A stretch of 64,000 nt of DNA from the NCBI RefSeq assembly GCF_004010195.1, contig NC_057719.1:48343896-48407895 (forward strand), written 5' to 3'. The notes beneath the pieces are model-generated. The model was not told where the DNA came from, searched no databases, and was given only the letters and a program-made list of their open reading frames with translations. Shown one piece after another: positions 39,131 to 51,789 of this stretch. The translations under genes and the position numbers were made by a program. Every line of letters starts with the position of its first letter. Position 1 is the first letter of the stretch. The DNA comes from Chiloscyllium plagiosum. Its lineage: Eukaryota.

Positions 39131-39939
39131 GTAAAATGATCAGCACCACACCTTCAGCTGAAGGCAACGTTTCCGTCTCTGTCTCTGTAGATCCCAGTTT
39201 TGCTCTGAGGTGTTCTTGTTCCTTTGATTGCAGATCTCTCCCTCATTCTCTCTGCATTTGTCTCCCCCACCTCCTTTTGTATCTGCGTGTGTTCTCCCTC
39301 GCTCCATGGAAAGTACTAACTCTGAGCTATGCCTGCTCCGTTGTGTCCGTTCTGCCTGTTAGTACGCTTCGTCAACCGCTGAGCATGTCCTCTTTCTTCA
39401 GTGTTCCCTTTAAACTAACTTCTTATTGTTCTGTATTTGTCTTGACTTCTCTGCCTTTATTCTATAGACGTGTTTATTTCACTTTCTATGCACAAGGCCG
39501 CTTCACTTACCGATTTGTGTGCGCATTTCCCAATGCCTAAACTCCGCGCGTGCCCTTTTATCTTTGTGCAAATTGTTTGACTCTCTGAATGACCTTTTTC
39601 TGTATCTTTTCGTGTGAGTACCTCATTGTGATTTTCTCTGCAGCTGAACTGTTTTTTCTGATGCCGTGAGCGCTTGTGAGCTGGTCCCTATCGGATACAT
39701 GCCTTTTCCCCTCCAACTCTCTCTCTTTGCGCCTTGCTGACGGCCCAGTGTTTCTTCTAATTTATCGCTTTTGAGCCTAGCTAGTTTATTCCCAGCACAG
39801 TATCCCCAGGATCGCTGTGCATCATTGCAGGGAACAATAGTTGCCACTCTCATTCTGGTCCTGCCATTTCCCTCACCCCCTGCCATCACTTATGCCCCAT
39901 TCTTTGATTCAAACCTTATTTTTCATCTCTATTCTTACA

Positions 39940-40135
39940 CTATACCAGGTTATCGTCCAACAGGTTTATTTGGAGGCGTTAGCTTTCAAACCACTGCTTC
40001 TTCAACCATACAACCACTTGATGAAGAAGCAGCGCTTCTGAAGCTAGTGCCTCCAAATAAACCTGTTGGACTATAACCTGATGTTGTGTAATTCTTAACT
40101 TTAGTCCACCACAGTCCAACTACAACTGATCCAAA
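39940..40135. mobile_element. Old palindromic Penelope mini-element (GAAAGCUA-type hammerhead, decayed)
   Basis: Arms ccaacaggtttatttgga / tccaaataaacctgttgg. Same family as 62201-62414. Confidence 0.75.
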
Positions 40136-40740
40136 TTGTCCTTGCACTGACTGTCATGACTCACTATTTGCCATCTTCAAAATTTTTTTTGTTTCTTTAT
40201 GGCCTTTTTATGCAGTGAATTTGTATCTACCTCTTATTTCAATGCCACTTTACCCATGATTGTGTTTGCTCCTTGAAGTCTAATATCTGCTTTTATCCTG
40301 GCCCATTTGCCAATAGCTTATTTTATGAAAAAAAACTTGAAAATATTGTCTTTTTTTGCATTAGTTTGGACATATTTAATATTAAATAAAATGAAAGTCC
40401 TTTTAAAAATTACAATTCAATTCATTTTGAGAAGCCAAAAATTTCTGGCTTCTCATTGCATTGAAAGACATTTTATTTAAGTAACTTACAAAAAATGAAA
40501 ATTATGGTGATTTTTTTAAAAAGGTCTTCTGATTGCTCAGAATAATGTACTTCTGATATTTATGATATGATCGGACACAATAGTTATCAGAACAATCTCT
40601 TCATATTTCTAGGAGAGCAATTTATTTGTAATATTACAATGACCTGGATTTTCTAGTTCATGGTGAGGCATAGCATTTGTTGCTATCTTTCAAGAAAGCT
40701 GTTCACAAATCTGTACTGGTCTCTCTGCCATTGATTTTCT

Positions 40741-41330
40741 GTTGTGGTTCTGTTCGCCGAGCTGGGAATTTGTGTTGCAAACGTTTCGTCCCCTGTCTAG
40801 GTGACATCCTCAGTGCTTGGGAGCCTCCTATGAAGCGCTTCTGTGTTGTTTCCTCCGGCATTTATAGTGGTTTGTCTCTGCCGCTTCCGGTTGTCCGTTC
40901 CAGCTGTCCGCTACAGTGGCCGGTATATTGGGTCCAGGTCGATATGTTTCTTGATAGAATCTGTGGATGAGTGCCATGCCTCTAGAATTCCCTGGCTGTT
41001 CTCTATTTGGCTTGTCCTATAATAGTAGTGTTGTCCCAGTCGAACTCATGTTGCTTGTCATGTGTGTGTGTGGCTACTAAGGATAGCTGGTCGTGTCGTT
41101 TCGTGCCTAGTTGGTGTTCATGGATACAGATCATTAGCTGTCTTCCTGTTTGTCCTATGGAGTGTTTTGTGCAGTCCTTGCATGGGATTTTGTACACTAC
41201 GTTGGGTTTGCTCATGCTGGGTATCGGGTCCTTTGTCCTGGTGAGTTGTTGTCTGAGAGTGGCTGTTGGTTTGTGTGCTGTTTTGAGTCCTAGTGGTCGC
41301 AGTAGTCTGGCTGTAAGTTCAGAAATGTCA
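40741..41330 (-). mobile_element. Penelope-like element (Poseidon-type) 3' part: GIY-YIG endonuclease plus 3' repeat
   Basis: NVVYKIPCKDCTKHSIGQTGRQL..HEHQ..HEFDWDNTTII. Left arm of a large inverted repeat. Confidence 0.9.
40777..40816 (-). ncRNA. Minimal hammerhead motif (GUU site)
   Basis: rc: gca-CTGAGGA-T-GTCACCT-agac-AGGGGAC-GAAAC-GTT-tgc. Confidence 0.72.
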
Positions 41331-41513
41331 GACTACTACGACCACTAGGACTCATAACAGCACACAAACCAACAGCCACTCTCAGACAATAAATCACCAG
41401 GACAAAGGACCCGATACCCAGCATGAGCAAAACCAACGTAGTGTACAAAATGCTGAAAATGTGTTGCTGGAAAAGCGCAGCAGGTCAGACAGCATCCAAG
41501 GAACAGGAGAATC

Positions 41514-41541
41514 GACGTTTCGGGCATAAGCCCTTCTTCAG
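41514..41541 (-). ncRNA. Minimal hammerhead motif in the 3' repeat of a nested Neptune-type PLE (41452 to gap)
   Basis: rc CTGAAGAAGGGCTTATGCCCGAAACGTC, identical to the 27461-27488 core. Confidence 0.75.
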
Positions 41542-41627
41542 GTATGAGGAAAGTGTGTCCAGCAGGCTAAGATAAAAGGTAGGGAGGAGGGACTTGAGGG
41601 AGGGGCGTTGGAATTGCGATAGGTGGA

Positions 41628-42253
41628 NNNNNNNNNNNNNNNNNNNNNNNNNNNNNNNNNNNNNNNNNNNNNNNNNNNNNNNNNNNNNNNNNNNNNNNNN
41701 NNNNNNNNNNNNNNNNNNNNNNNNNNNNNNNNNNNNNNNNNNNNNNNNNNNNNNNNNNNNNNNNNNNNNNNNNNNNNNNNNNNNNNNNNNNNNNNNNNNN
41801 NNNNNNNNNNNNNNNNNNNNNNNNNNNNNNNNNNNNNNNNNNNNNNNNNNNNNNNNNNNNNNNNNNNNNNNNNNNNNNNNNNNNNNNNNNNNNNNNNNNN
41901 NNNNNNNNNNNNNNNNNNNNNNNNNNNNNNNNNNNNNNNNNNNNNNNNNNNNNNNNNNNNNNNNNNNNNNNNNNNNNNNNNNNNNNNNNNNNNNNNNNNN
42001 NNNNNNNNNNNNNNNNNNNNNNNNNNNNNNNNNNNNNNNNNNNNNNNNNNNNNNNNNNNNNNNNNNNNNNNNNNNNNNNNNNNNNNNNNNNNNNNNNNNN
42101 NNNNNNNNNNNNNNNNNNNNNNNNNNNNNNNNNNNNNNNNNNNNNNNNNNNNNNNNNNNNNNNNNNNNNNNNNNNNNNNNNNNNNNNNNNNNNNNNNNNN
42201 NNNNNNNNNNNNNNNNNNNNNNNNNNNNNNNNNNNNNNNNNNNNNNNNNNNNN
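41628..42253. other. Assembly gap (N run)
   Basis: Direct reading. Confidence 1.
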
Positions 42254-42873
42254 ACTGCTGTTGAAAAAGGGTCAGCTTAGAAATTGTCACATAGCTAAGA
42301 CATAGCCTTTTGCGAAGGTGAAAAGTAGCTATCATTATCTAAGGTGTTGGCCCACTATGATCCAAAGTGAGAGGTGGTGCTGACATATGGTGCCTACCCA
42401 TATGGTACTGGTGTTATGTTGGCTCACCAGTGGTTCAACGAAGAAGAACACCCAAAAGCGTATGCTTCCTGGACTTTGGCCAATGCTGAACATAAAAATG
42501 CCCACATAGAGAAGGAACATTTGGCGGTCATCTTTGATGTAGGGATGTTCCACCAGAACCTTTACGGATGGGAATTTGTCATAGTAACAGATCACTAACC
42601 CCTGCTAGTGCTACTGAAGGAAGACAAGGTAGTAATGCCCATAGCTTCCAGTAGAATTCAGCATTGGGCCCTTATTCTCAATACTTTCAACTATAAGTTA
42701 GAACACCACCCAGGAAGCCAAATGGCTAGTCTGGATGCCTTGAGCTGCCTTCCACTGGCAGCTACTTTACCAGTGTTGACTCCATTAGAAGAGTCTGTTT
42801 TGGTTTTAAAATTCTTGGACACCCTTCTGGTCACCACTGAAAATATCAGACTCTGGACACAAAAAGATCCTGT
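42254..42873 (+). mobile_element. Ty3/Gypsy pol fragment (RNase H region)
   Basis: AYASWTLANAE..IEKEHLAVIF..FHQNLYG..FVIVTDH*PL..RIQHWALIL..DALSCLP, in one frame with a stop. Confidence 0.88.
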
Positions 42874-43065
42874 CACAGAGTCATACATGATACTGCATAA
42901 ACAAGCCCTTCGGCCCAAAGTGGTCCATGCTGACCATGATGCCCATTCCACTTGTTTCAATTGCCCATATTTGGTCCACATCCCTCTAAACCCTTCCCAT
43001 CCTTGTACCTATCCAAATGTTTTTAAATGTTGCTATTGTACCTGCCTCAACTACTTTCTCTGGCA

Positions 43066-43159
43066 GGATTCGCAGTTTCGGTCACCCGAGACAGAAATGG
43101 AAAGGTCTAGGAAGGGGAGGGAGGAGTCTGATCTAGGAAGGGGAGGGAGGAGTCTGATC
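43066..43159 (-). mobile_element. PLE reverse-transcriptase fragment with 26-bp tandem duplication
   Basis: rc SDSSLPFLDLSISVSGD (LPFLD motif). The unit tctaggaaggggagggaggagtctga occurs at 43106-43131 and 43132-43157. Confidence 0.7.
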
Positions 43160-43543
43160 TAGTGTACAAAATCCCATGCAAGGACTGCACAAAACACTAC
43201 ATAGGACAAACAGGAAGACAGCTAACGATCCGTATCCATGAACACCAACTAGGCACGAAACGACACGACCAGCTATCCTTAGTAGCCACACACACACATG
43301 ACAAGCAACATGAGTTTGACTGGGACAATACTACTATTATAGAACAAGCCACACAGAGAGCAGCCAGGGAATTCCTAGAGGCATGGCACTCATCCACAGA
43401 TTCTTTCAAGAAACATATCGACCTGGACCCAATATACCGGCCACTGTAGCGGACAGCTGGAACGGACAACCGGAAGTGGCAGAGACAAACCACTATAAAT
43501 GCCGGAGGAAACAACACAGAAGCGCTTCACAGGAGGCTCCCAA

Positions 43544-43583
43544 GCACTGAGGATGTCACCTCGACAGGGGACGAAACGTCTGC
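43544..43583 (+). ncRNA. Minimal type I hammerhead ribozyme motif, intact, sense within PELI2 intron 1
   Basis: GCA-CTGAGGA-T-GTCACCT-cgac-AGGGGAC-GAAAC-GTC-TGC. 3-bp stem I, 6/7-bp stem II, GUC cleavage triplet ending at 43580. Confidence 0.82.
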
Positions 43584-45349
43584 AACACAAATTCCCAGCT
43601 CGGTGAACAGAACCACAGCAAGCTACAAATCTTCTCACAAACATTAATTTTCTGTTTCCTGACATCCTTTTAATTCAGGTGTCCAGTACTGGCAATGGTC
43701 ATCAAGTACATTAAGCAACTAATCTTAGTACAGCATAGCAGGAAGGAAGAAAAAGCAGATTGTTATTTTCTTCTCATTTACGTAGTGTTTGTTGTATTTT
43801 AAAAAAAACTGCAGAGTGCAATCATGTAGCACAGTGGAGAAATTTGACTTTCCACAAATTTAAAGTTAGTTTTAAGGCTGGACAGGTTTTTAAAAATATA
43901 TTGTTATCATTTTAAGATGTTGTGTAAAACCCAGTGTACATCATTCAACAAGGTGTAACCTTTTAAATGTTTTTTACAGCATAACTAATAGAGTAAAAAT
44001 GGAAGTTCATGTCAATTCAAGTGATTTCAGAAGATTATCAGTGATGAGGATTTCAACTGGAGAGTAACATGGAATTACTGATGGCAATGTTTAGATTTTC
44101 ATATTTATGCATGTGTGGATTATAGAGGTTGCTGTTAGTTTTACCATTGTAATGATTGTGAATTGATGCTGATAGTTTTGTAATCTTTGCAGTTTCAAAA
44201 TCTGGGCCAATATGGGTTAAACGTTCTATTTGCAGCTTGATTATTCAGTATTATTTACTTACTTGAAGGGCAACAGAAGCTTACAGTTGAATTTATCAAC
44301 AATTCCTTTTTAAAGATCAGTGGGTTTAGATCTATTATTGATCTTAAATATAGATTGTATTCTATTGCATAATAGAAACATTACTATCATGTAATTTTTA
44401 TCTTATTTCAAATTGTATATTTCTGAACCCGTAGATTTTCAGTTGATTGATAAGTTATCTTTTTGGAGTTATAAACAGTGCGTTGAAGGAATAAGCGTTT
44501 GTAAGATTTTCTGCAAGGTGGTCATTCACAAAACCTTGGGATTTTATTAATCTCCTTTAGAGTCTACTCAGTTTAGTTTTTCATCTTTTTTATGGAAACT
44601 TCTAGCTCATTACAATTAACACACCATCATATTTCTGCAGTATCATTTTACACACAACAGCAGAGTAGTTACCCCTGTCAGTCTAATGGAAGAAAGTTAG
44701 TTTCAAATAGACCAGGCAATAATTGGATTCGCTGGCCTTTAATTACTTTGAGCAAGGCCACAGTTGAAAAGTAGTATAATTGATTGGATCCTCTGAAGAG
44801 GATTTTCTTTTTGTCAAGTAAAACATGTCTAATTTCTACAAAGAATTGTTTGGGGCAAATATTATCTACAACATGATTGCAACAAAGCTTTTAAAGGGCA
44901 CTTTTTAAATAGACTTTAATGTTTCAAATATTAAAACTTTAGTGATAAGGACTTCTCAAAGTATTGAACTATTGAAATGGTACTTGAGTTGTGTAGAGTA
45001 CATTTACACTTATAACTTTTTGTTTGGAGTTGACAAAAGTCGTGAATTATCAAACAGAGTGCTCTATTTGGTTAAATTGCATTCCCGAGGGTTTCCTCAT
45101 TAACATTGTCAATGACATTGTGTTCAGAACTAAAGAAGTTTGTTTCTATTATTCACTCATGGGATGTGGGCATGACTGGATGGACAGCTGTTGCTAGTTA
45201 ACCTTAAGAAGATGATGGTGAAATGCCTCTTGAACCACTGTAGTTCTTGTTCTATACATGGGAGGGAATTCTAGGATTTTGACTCAGCAAAAGTGAAGGA
45301 ACAGCAATATATTTCCAAATCAGGATGGTGAGTGGTTAGATTGTAATGA

Positions 45350-46040
45350 TTTAGTGATTTGATTTATTGTCACTTGTATTTTGCTACAAAGTACAGTGAG
45401 AAGTGTTGTATACTGTCGCCACTCTCTGGTGCCATCTTAAACACAGAAAAATAAATCCAAGCAAAGAATATAAAGGCTGAGGAATAAAGAAATGAAAAAA
45501 ATGTGTTCAACTTTACAGTCCTTTTTGTTACGTATTCCGTCCTGGGGCTGGTGGTCAGACATGAGTCACTTTCACTGAGTTGCTGCAGTTGGAATGAAAG
45601 TTGCCACTCTTCGGCACCATCTCTCCTTCATCGACGCCCTCGCTGGACTTTGTCAATGCAGATGCCACTGATGCTGCTGCATACAGCACTGGCCCAAACC
45701 TGACACCATATCCGCAATGAGTTTGCTTTGGGCCCCCCTCATTGATGGCAGCCACTGGCAATGCTGCCGAGTCTCATATTGGGCCCAAACTTGCCTCTGT
45801 TACAGCAGCCATGAGCTGGTATTAGATTTCTTGTTGATGCAGAAGCCACTGGGAACACAAATGCTTGCAAATACTGTTGCCATGTGTCTGTGCTGAGCCT
45901 ACCCGTTACTGCCAATGCAGTCGCCACAACCAAGCCCTTCAACAAGAAGTAAGAAAAGTAAAAGAGGAGAAAAGAGAGCAAAAAGAAAGAAAAGAAAAGT
46001 GGATGAGCTGCGGGCTCAGAAGCCTTACTCTACTGCCATC
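45350..46040 (-). mobile_element. Second copy of the Rex1-tailed non-autonomous element, nested in a family 2 LINE
   Basis: Homologous to 3942-4632. LINE sequence flanks it on both sides (45150-45340, 46045 onward). Confidence 0.6.
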
Positions 46041-47601
46041 TTACCAGTTTGGAGGGGTAACTTGCAGCTGGTAATGTTCCCATGTATCTGCTGCCCTTGC
46101 TTATTTAGTTGAAAGCAATTGTGAATTTGGAAGGTGCTGCCCAAGGACCATTTGCGAAATTCTGCAGTACATCTATAGATAGTATGCACTGCTGCTACCA
46201 AGCATTGATGGTGGAGGTAGTGGATGTTTGTGGATGTGGTGCCAGTCAACCGCACTACTTTATCCTGGCTAGTATGAAGCTCCTTGAGTGTTTTTCAAGC
46301 TGCACTTATCCAGGTAAATGTGGAGTATTCCTTCACACTCCTGACTTGTGCTATGTAGATGATAGAAAGGCCCTGGGAAGTATTTCCATGTTGTACATCT
46401 CTGTGACTCTATCTGACCTGCTCTTCTAGCCACTATGTTTATACAGTGAGTCCAGTTGAATTTCTGGTCAATATTAAATCTCAGAATGTTGATCGTGGGG
46501 AATTCCATGATGTTCATGCCTTTGAATGTCAAAGGACGCTGGTTAGATTGTCTCTTCTTGCAGAAGGTCATTGCCTGGCATTTGTGTGGCACGAATGTTA
46601 CTTGCCACTTATCAGCCTAAGTCTGGATATTGTGCAGAACCTGTTGGATTTGAACATGGATTGCATTTGTTTCGGAGGAGTCGTGAATAGTGCTGAACAT
46701 TGTGAAAACATTGGTGAACATCCCCATATCTGATCTTTATGATGAAGGAACTATCATTGATGAAGCAGCTGAAGATGGTTGGGCATGGGATACTACCCCG
46801 AGGAACTCCTGTACAGATGTCCTAGAGCTGAGGTGACTGACCTCGAATAACCACAACCATTTTCCAATGTGCCAGATATGACTCCAAAGAGGCTGTCACT
46901 CTAACCTCATGAGGAATTCTGCTTCTTTGGCCATATTTGAACTGAGTTACCCTGCAAACTGAGCATTATTGAATAGGTTTTTACAGAGCAAGTACTGTTT
47001 TATAATACTGTTGATGACATTAATTTATTGATGATCGAATGGACTATGGGTGCTAGTTGGCTGGATTGGATTTGTCCTGCTTTTTGTGTACAGCACACAT
47101 GTGGGCAATTTTCCACATTGTTGGGTAGATGCTAGTGTTGTAGCTGTATTAGAACAGCCTGGTTAGGTGTACAGGAAATTCTTGAGTACAAGTCTTCAGT
47201 AGTATTGTCTGAATGTTGTCAGGGCCCGTCGCCTTTGCAGTATCCAGTGACTCCAGCTGTTTCTTGATTATCATGTGGAGTGAATTGAATTGGCTGAAGA
47301 CTGACGTCTGATATGCTGGGAACCACTGAGGTGGCCAAGATGGTTTATCCACTGGACAGCTCTGGCTGAAGATTATTCTGAATGCTTCTGCCTTACCTTT
47401 TGCACTGATGTATTGGGCTCTTCTGTCATTGGGAACGGGGATATTTGTGAAGCCTCACCCTATAGTAAGTTGTTTAATTGTCCACCACCATTTTCAACTA
47501 GATGTAACAGGATTGCAGAGCATAGATTTGATCATTGGTTGTGGCATTGTGTAGCTTGATTTATCATTTGCTGCTCATCCTGTTTGGTGTGCAAGTAGTT
47601 C

Positions 47602-47925
47602 GGGGCTCAGTGGTTAGCACTGCTGCCTCACAGCGCCAGGGATCTGGGTTCGATTCTGACCTTGGGCGACTGTCTGTGTGGCGTTTGCACATTCTCCCCA
47701 TGCCTGTGTGGGTTTCCTCCGGGCGCTCTGGTTTCCTACCACAATCCAAAGATGTGCATGTCAGGTGAATTGGTAATGCTAAATTGCACATAGTGTTAGG
47801 TACATTAGTCAGGGGTAAATGTAGGGGAACAGGTCTGGGTGAGTTACTCTTCAGAGGGTTGGTGTGGACTTGTTGGGCCAAAGGGCCTGTTTCCATATGG
47901 TAGGGAATCTAATCTAATCTAATCT
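47602..47925 (+). mobile_element. HE1/V-type SINE
   Basis: A and B boxes, V-domain, (aatct)n tail. Confidence 0.92.
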
Positions 47926-48835
47926 AGTCCTGCTTGGTAGCTTCATCAGACTGATATCTCATTTTGTTGCACCTGGAACTCTCCATCGAACCACTGTTGT
48001 TCCCCTGGCTTGATGGTATTAGTTAAATGAGCAATGTATTGGGCCATGAGGTTGTAGCTTGTATTGGTATTGTTGATGACCCACAGCACCCCATGTATGC
48101 CTAGTCTTAAATTGCTAGATGTGTTTGTAGTCTGTCCAATTTTGCACAATGGTAGTGTCATACAACACGATACACAGTATTATCAACATGAAGGAGGGAG
48201 TTTGTCTCCACAAGGGCAGGTGCATCTGTAATGGGCAGGTTGGTGAGAATGAGGCCAAGTGTGTATTTTCCTCTTGATCGTTCCCTCACCATCTAATGCA
48301 GACCCAATCTAATAGCTGGTTGTGTCCTAAAAAAAGATAGCTAACTCAGTAGTACTGCTGCTGAACCACGCTTGGTGGCGGACATTGAAACCTCCACCCA
48401 GAGAATATTTTGTGCCCTTGCCATGTTCAATGCTTTCTTCAAGTGTTGTTCCACATGGAGGAGTACTGATTCATCAGCTGAAGGAGGATAGCATGTGGTA
48501 ATCAGCAACAGGTTTCCTTGTCCATTTTTAATCTGATGCCATTACATTTCATGGGGTCCAGAGTCAATGTTGAGGATTCCCAGGGCAACTCCTTCCTGAC
48601 TGTATGCTATCATGTTGCCATCTCAGATGGGTTGTCTTGCTGGTGGGTAAGGACATTTCCAGAAATAATGATAATTGTGCCTGTAAGGCATGATTCCTTG
48701 AATATGATTGTGTCAGGGTTTTGCTTGACTAATCTGTTAGATAGCTCTCCCAACTTTAACACTAGCCACCAGATGATAATATAGAGGACTTTGCAGGGTT
48801 GATAGGACCGTATTTTTTTGCTGTTGTTTCCAGTA

Positions 48836-49063
48836 CAGGTCATTCTGCTATAATGCGCATTTCATCAATGCGAATTGGCTATAATCCGATTGACGAATTG
48901 TGGATGTTGTTGGATAATGCAAACTTTCTACTGAACAGGTATAACTATTTTCTGTTAACAATCTTCTATAGCACAATTTTCTATAGTGGTTTTCCGTAGC
49001 GCGATTTTCTATAGCATGAAGTCACAGAGGAGCACAACTGTTGCGCTGTAGCACTATTAACTG
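48836..49063. mobile_element. Old TA-flanked MITE (Tc1/mariner-pogo type)
   Basis: TA-CAGGTCATTCTGCTATAA start, a degenerate inverted end ..gtagcactattaactg, and internal tttctatag repeats. Confidence 0.5.
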
Positions 49064-49609
49064 TGTGCAAATTTGATGGCAACTCTGATTACTGTATGTG
49101 TATAGTAATGCATGGAATACTGGAAGATGCTGTCCTGAAAATGGTATCTTGCTATTGGACTCACCATTTTAATGAATTGAGCAACTTGAAATTGCTGCAA
49201 TTAGTATTAAAAGAAGTGAACTGTATTAGCCAAAAATTGTTAGCACTTGTGCATTTCAATTCAATATGCTTTTATTTTAATCATGTTGTAAGTCTTTTGT
49301 AGAAAGTAGAGAATGTAAAATAGGAGCAAGTGTAAGCTATTTGGCCCAATGAACCTGTTCTGCCATTCAGTATGATCACAGCCAATATTCTATAATGCTG
49401 GTATGCTCCCACTCCCTTTCCCCATTCTCTTTGCTAACTTTAGTGTTTAGCAATTTCTTTCTTAAATATATTGACTTGGCTTGCACTGACTTATGTGGAT
49501 AGATAATTCCATAGGTTCACCACTTTGATTGAAGTTTTGAAAATTGGGACTTTTTGTTCTAAATGACTGCACCTCCCCTCCCAGCTGATGTTTAATAAGG
49601 CTTGATTAG

Positions 49610-51785
49610 AGAGATTTCGGTGAATGAACTTTTAGGGACAGTGACCGTAATATGATAGAATTCACCCTGTAGTTTGAGGGGAAGAGCTGGAATCAGATGT
49701 AACGGTATTACAGTGAGAGTAACAACAAATGCTTGAGGGAGGAGCTGTCCTGACTTGATTGGAAGGGTACCCTAGCAGGGAAGTTGGTAGAGAAGAAATA
49801 ACAGGGGTTTCTTGAGGTAATTTGGGAAGCACAACAGAAATTCATCCCAAAGAAGAAAAAACATACGAAGGAGAGGGTGAGGCAACCATAGCTGAAAGGG
49901 AAGTCAGGGACAGCAAAAAAAGCGAAAGAAAAAGCATACAATTTGGTGAAGATTAGCAGGAAGCCAGATGATTGGGAAGCCTTTAAAAACCTGCAGAGGA
50001 TAACTGAAAAAGCAGTCAGGGAGGAGAGATGAACTATAAGGGTAAACTAGCTAGTAATATAAAGGAAAGTTGTAAAATTTGTTTTTAAATCTATTAAAGA
50101 CAAGAAAGAGACAGGGAGAAACTGAGTAGGTACTTTGCACCAGTCCTCTGGTGGAAGACAATAATAACATACCAGAATTTGAAGGAAGTTTGGGAACACA
50201 GGCCATCATTACAGAAAAGCTGATGGAGAAGTGGAAAGATTTAAGGCGGATAAATCATCTGGGCTGAATGGACTACACCCCAGAGTTTTAGAGGAGGTAT
50301 CTGAGGAGATTGTGAAGGCATTGATGGTGATCTTCCAGGAATCACTTGAGTCAGGGAGTGTCCCAGATGACTGGTAAATGGATAGTGAAACACCACTGTT
50401 TAAGAAAGAAAGGAGGCAGAAGTTGGGAGCTGTTCCGAGTCAATTGTGGCCAGTTCCCAGTCAGCTTTGACCATAGCATAAAATTGTGGAGTACTTCAAA
50501 ATGCATGGTAAAATAGGGCTGAGTCAACATGGCTTTGTCAAGGTGAGATCATGCCTGACAAATCTGTTAGAGTTCTTAGAGGAGATAATAAGCAAGTTAG
50601 ACAAAGGAGAGCCAGTGGATGTGATTTATTTGGATTTCCAGAAGGTTTTTGACAAGGTACAACTCAGGAAGTTGCTAAATGAGAGCTGTGGTGTTAGGGG
50701 CAAGGTATTAGTCAGGGCAAGGGCTGACAGGTAGAAGTCAGAGGGTGGGGATAAAGAGATCTGTTTCAGGATGGCACACGGTGACGAGTGGAGTTCCGCA
50801 AGGGTCTATCCTGGGACTACAACTATTCACATTAAGAATTAACAATCTGAATGAAGGAACATTATTGCTAAGTTTGCAGATGACTTGATGATAGGTGGCA
50901 GGACAGATAGTGTTGAGGAAGCAGGGAGGTTGCAGAGGACTGTGGACAGGATAGGAGAGTAGACAAAGAAGTGGCAGATGAAATACACTGTGGGAAAGTA
51001 TGAGGCTATGCACTTTGGTAGGAAGAATAAAGGTATAGAGAATTTTCTAAATAGGGAAAAGCTTCATAAATCTGAAACACAAAGGGACTTGGGAGTCCTA
51101 GTTCAGTGTTCTCTTAAGGTTAATATGCAGGTTCATTTGGCATTTAGGAAGGCAAGTGCAATATTAGCAATCATTTCAAGAGGACTAGCGTGCAGGACAG
51201 AAATGTATTGCTGAGGCTGTATAAGGCTCTAGTCAGGCAGCATTTGGAGTATTGTGAGCAGTTTTGTATCCAGTGTCTTAAGGAAGAATGTACTGACATT
51301 GGAGGAGTTCCAGTGGAGGTTTACAAGAATAATTTTGAGGATGAAGGGTTTGTCATATAAGGAGCAATTGAGGACTGTGAGTCTGTACTTAATGGAGTTT
51401 AGAAGGATGAAGGGGGTCTTGCTAAAACTTGGAATACTGAGAGGCCTGGATAGAGTGGACATGCAGAAGATGCTACCACATATTAGGAAAGACCTGAGGA
51501 CACAATCTCAGAGTGAAGGGATGACCCTTCAGAACTGAGATGAGGAGGAATTTCTTCATCCAGAGAATGGTTAATCTGTGGAACTCATTTTCGTGAAAGG
51601 CTGTGGAGGTAAAGTCGCTGAGTATATTTAAGACCGAGATAGATAGGTTTTTATTAATAAGGGAATCAAGCGTGACTGGGAGAAGGCAAGAAAATGGGTT
51701 GAGAAATAAATTAGCCATGATTTAATGGCACAACAAACTTGATGGACTGAATGGCCTAATTCTGCTCCAATATCATATGTTGTTA
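49610..51785 (+). mobile_element. CR1 ORF2 pseudogene with 3'UTR
   Basis: SQHGFVKVRSCLTNLLEF, YLDFQKVFDKV, GVPQGSILG, KFADD. Confidence 0.9.
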
Positions 51786-51789
51786 CTGT

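Larger units (their letters stand above)
41328..43641 (+). mobile_element. Right arm of the Poseidon-type PLE (41328-41451 plus 43160-43641), split by nested insertions
   Basis: VYKIPCKDCTKHYIGQTGRQLTIRIHEHQ..AREFLEAWHS. The sequence TAGTGTACAAAAT is repeated at 41439-41451 and 43160-43172. Confidence 0.88.
45150..48800 (-). mobile_element. Long LINE family 2 copy (endonuclease to 3' end), degraded and interrupted
   Basis: KLGELSNRLVKQNPDTIIFKESCL (endonuclease), LDTAKATGPDNI, PHKCQAMT, and a 3' tail at about 45150. Confidence 0.85.

Noticed and set aside
39127..39540. 137-aa ORF directly after the PELI2 exon
   Set aside because: It starts at the splice-donor GTG and is pyrimidine-rich low-complexity intron sequence.
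41538..42335. Long ORFs of 213-265 aa
   Set aside because: They are artefacts of translating the N gap.
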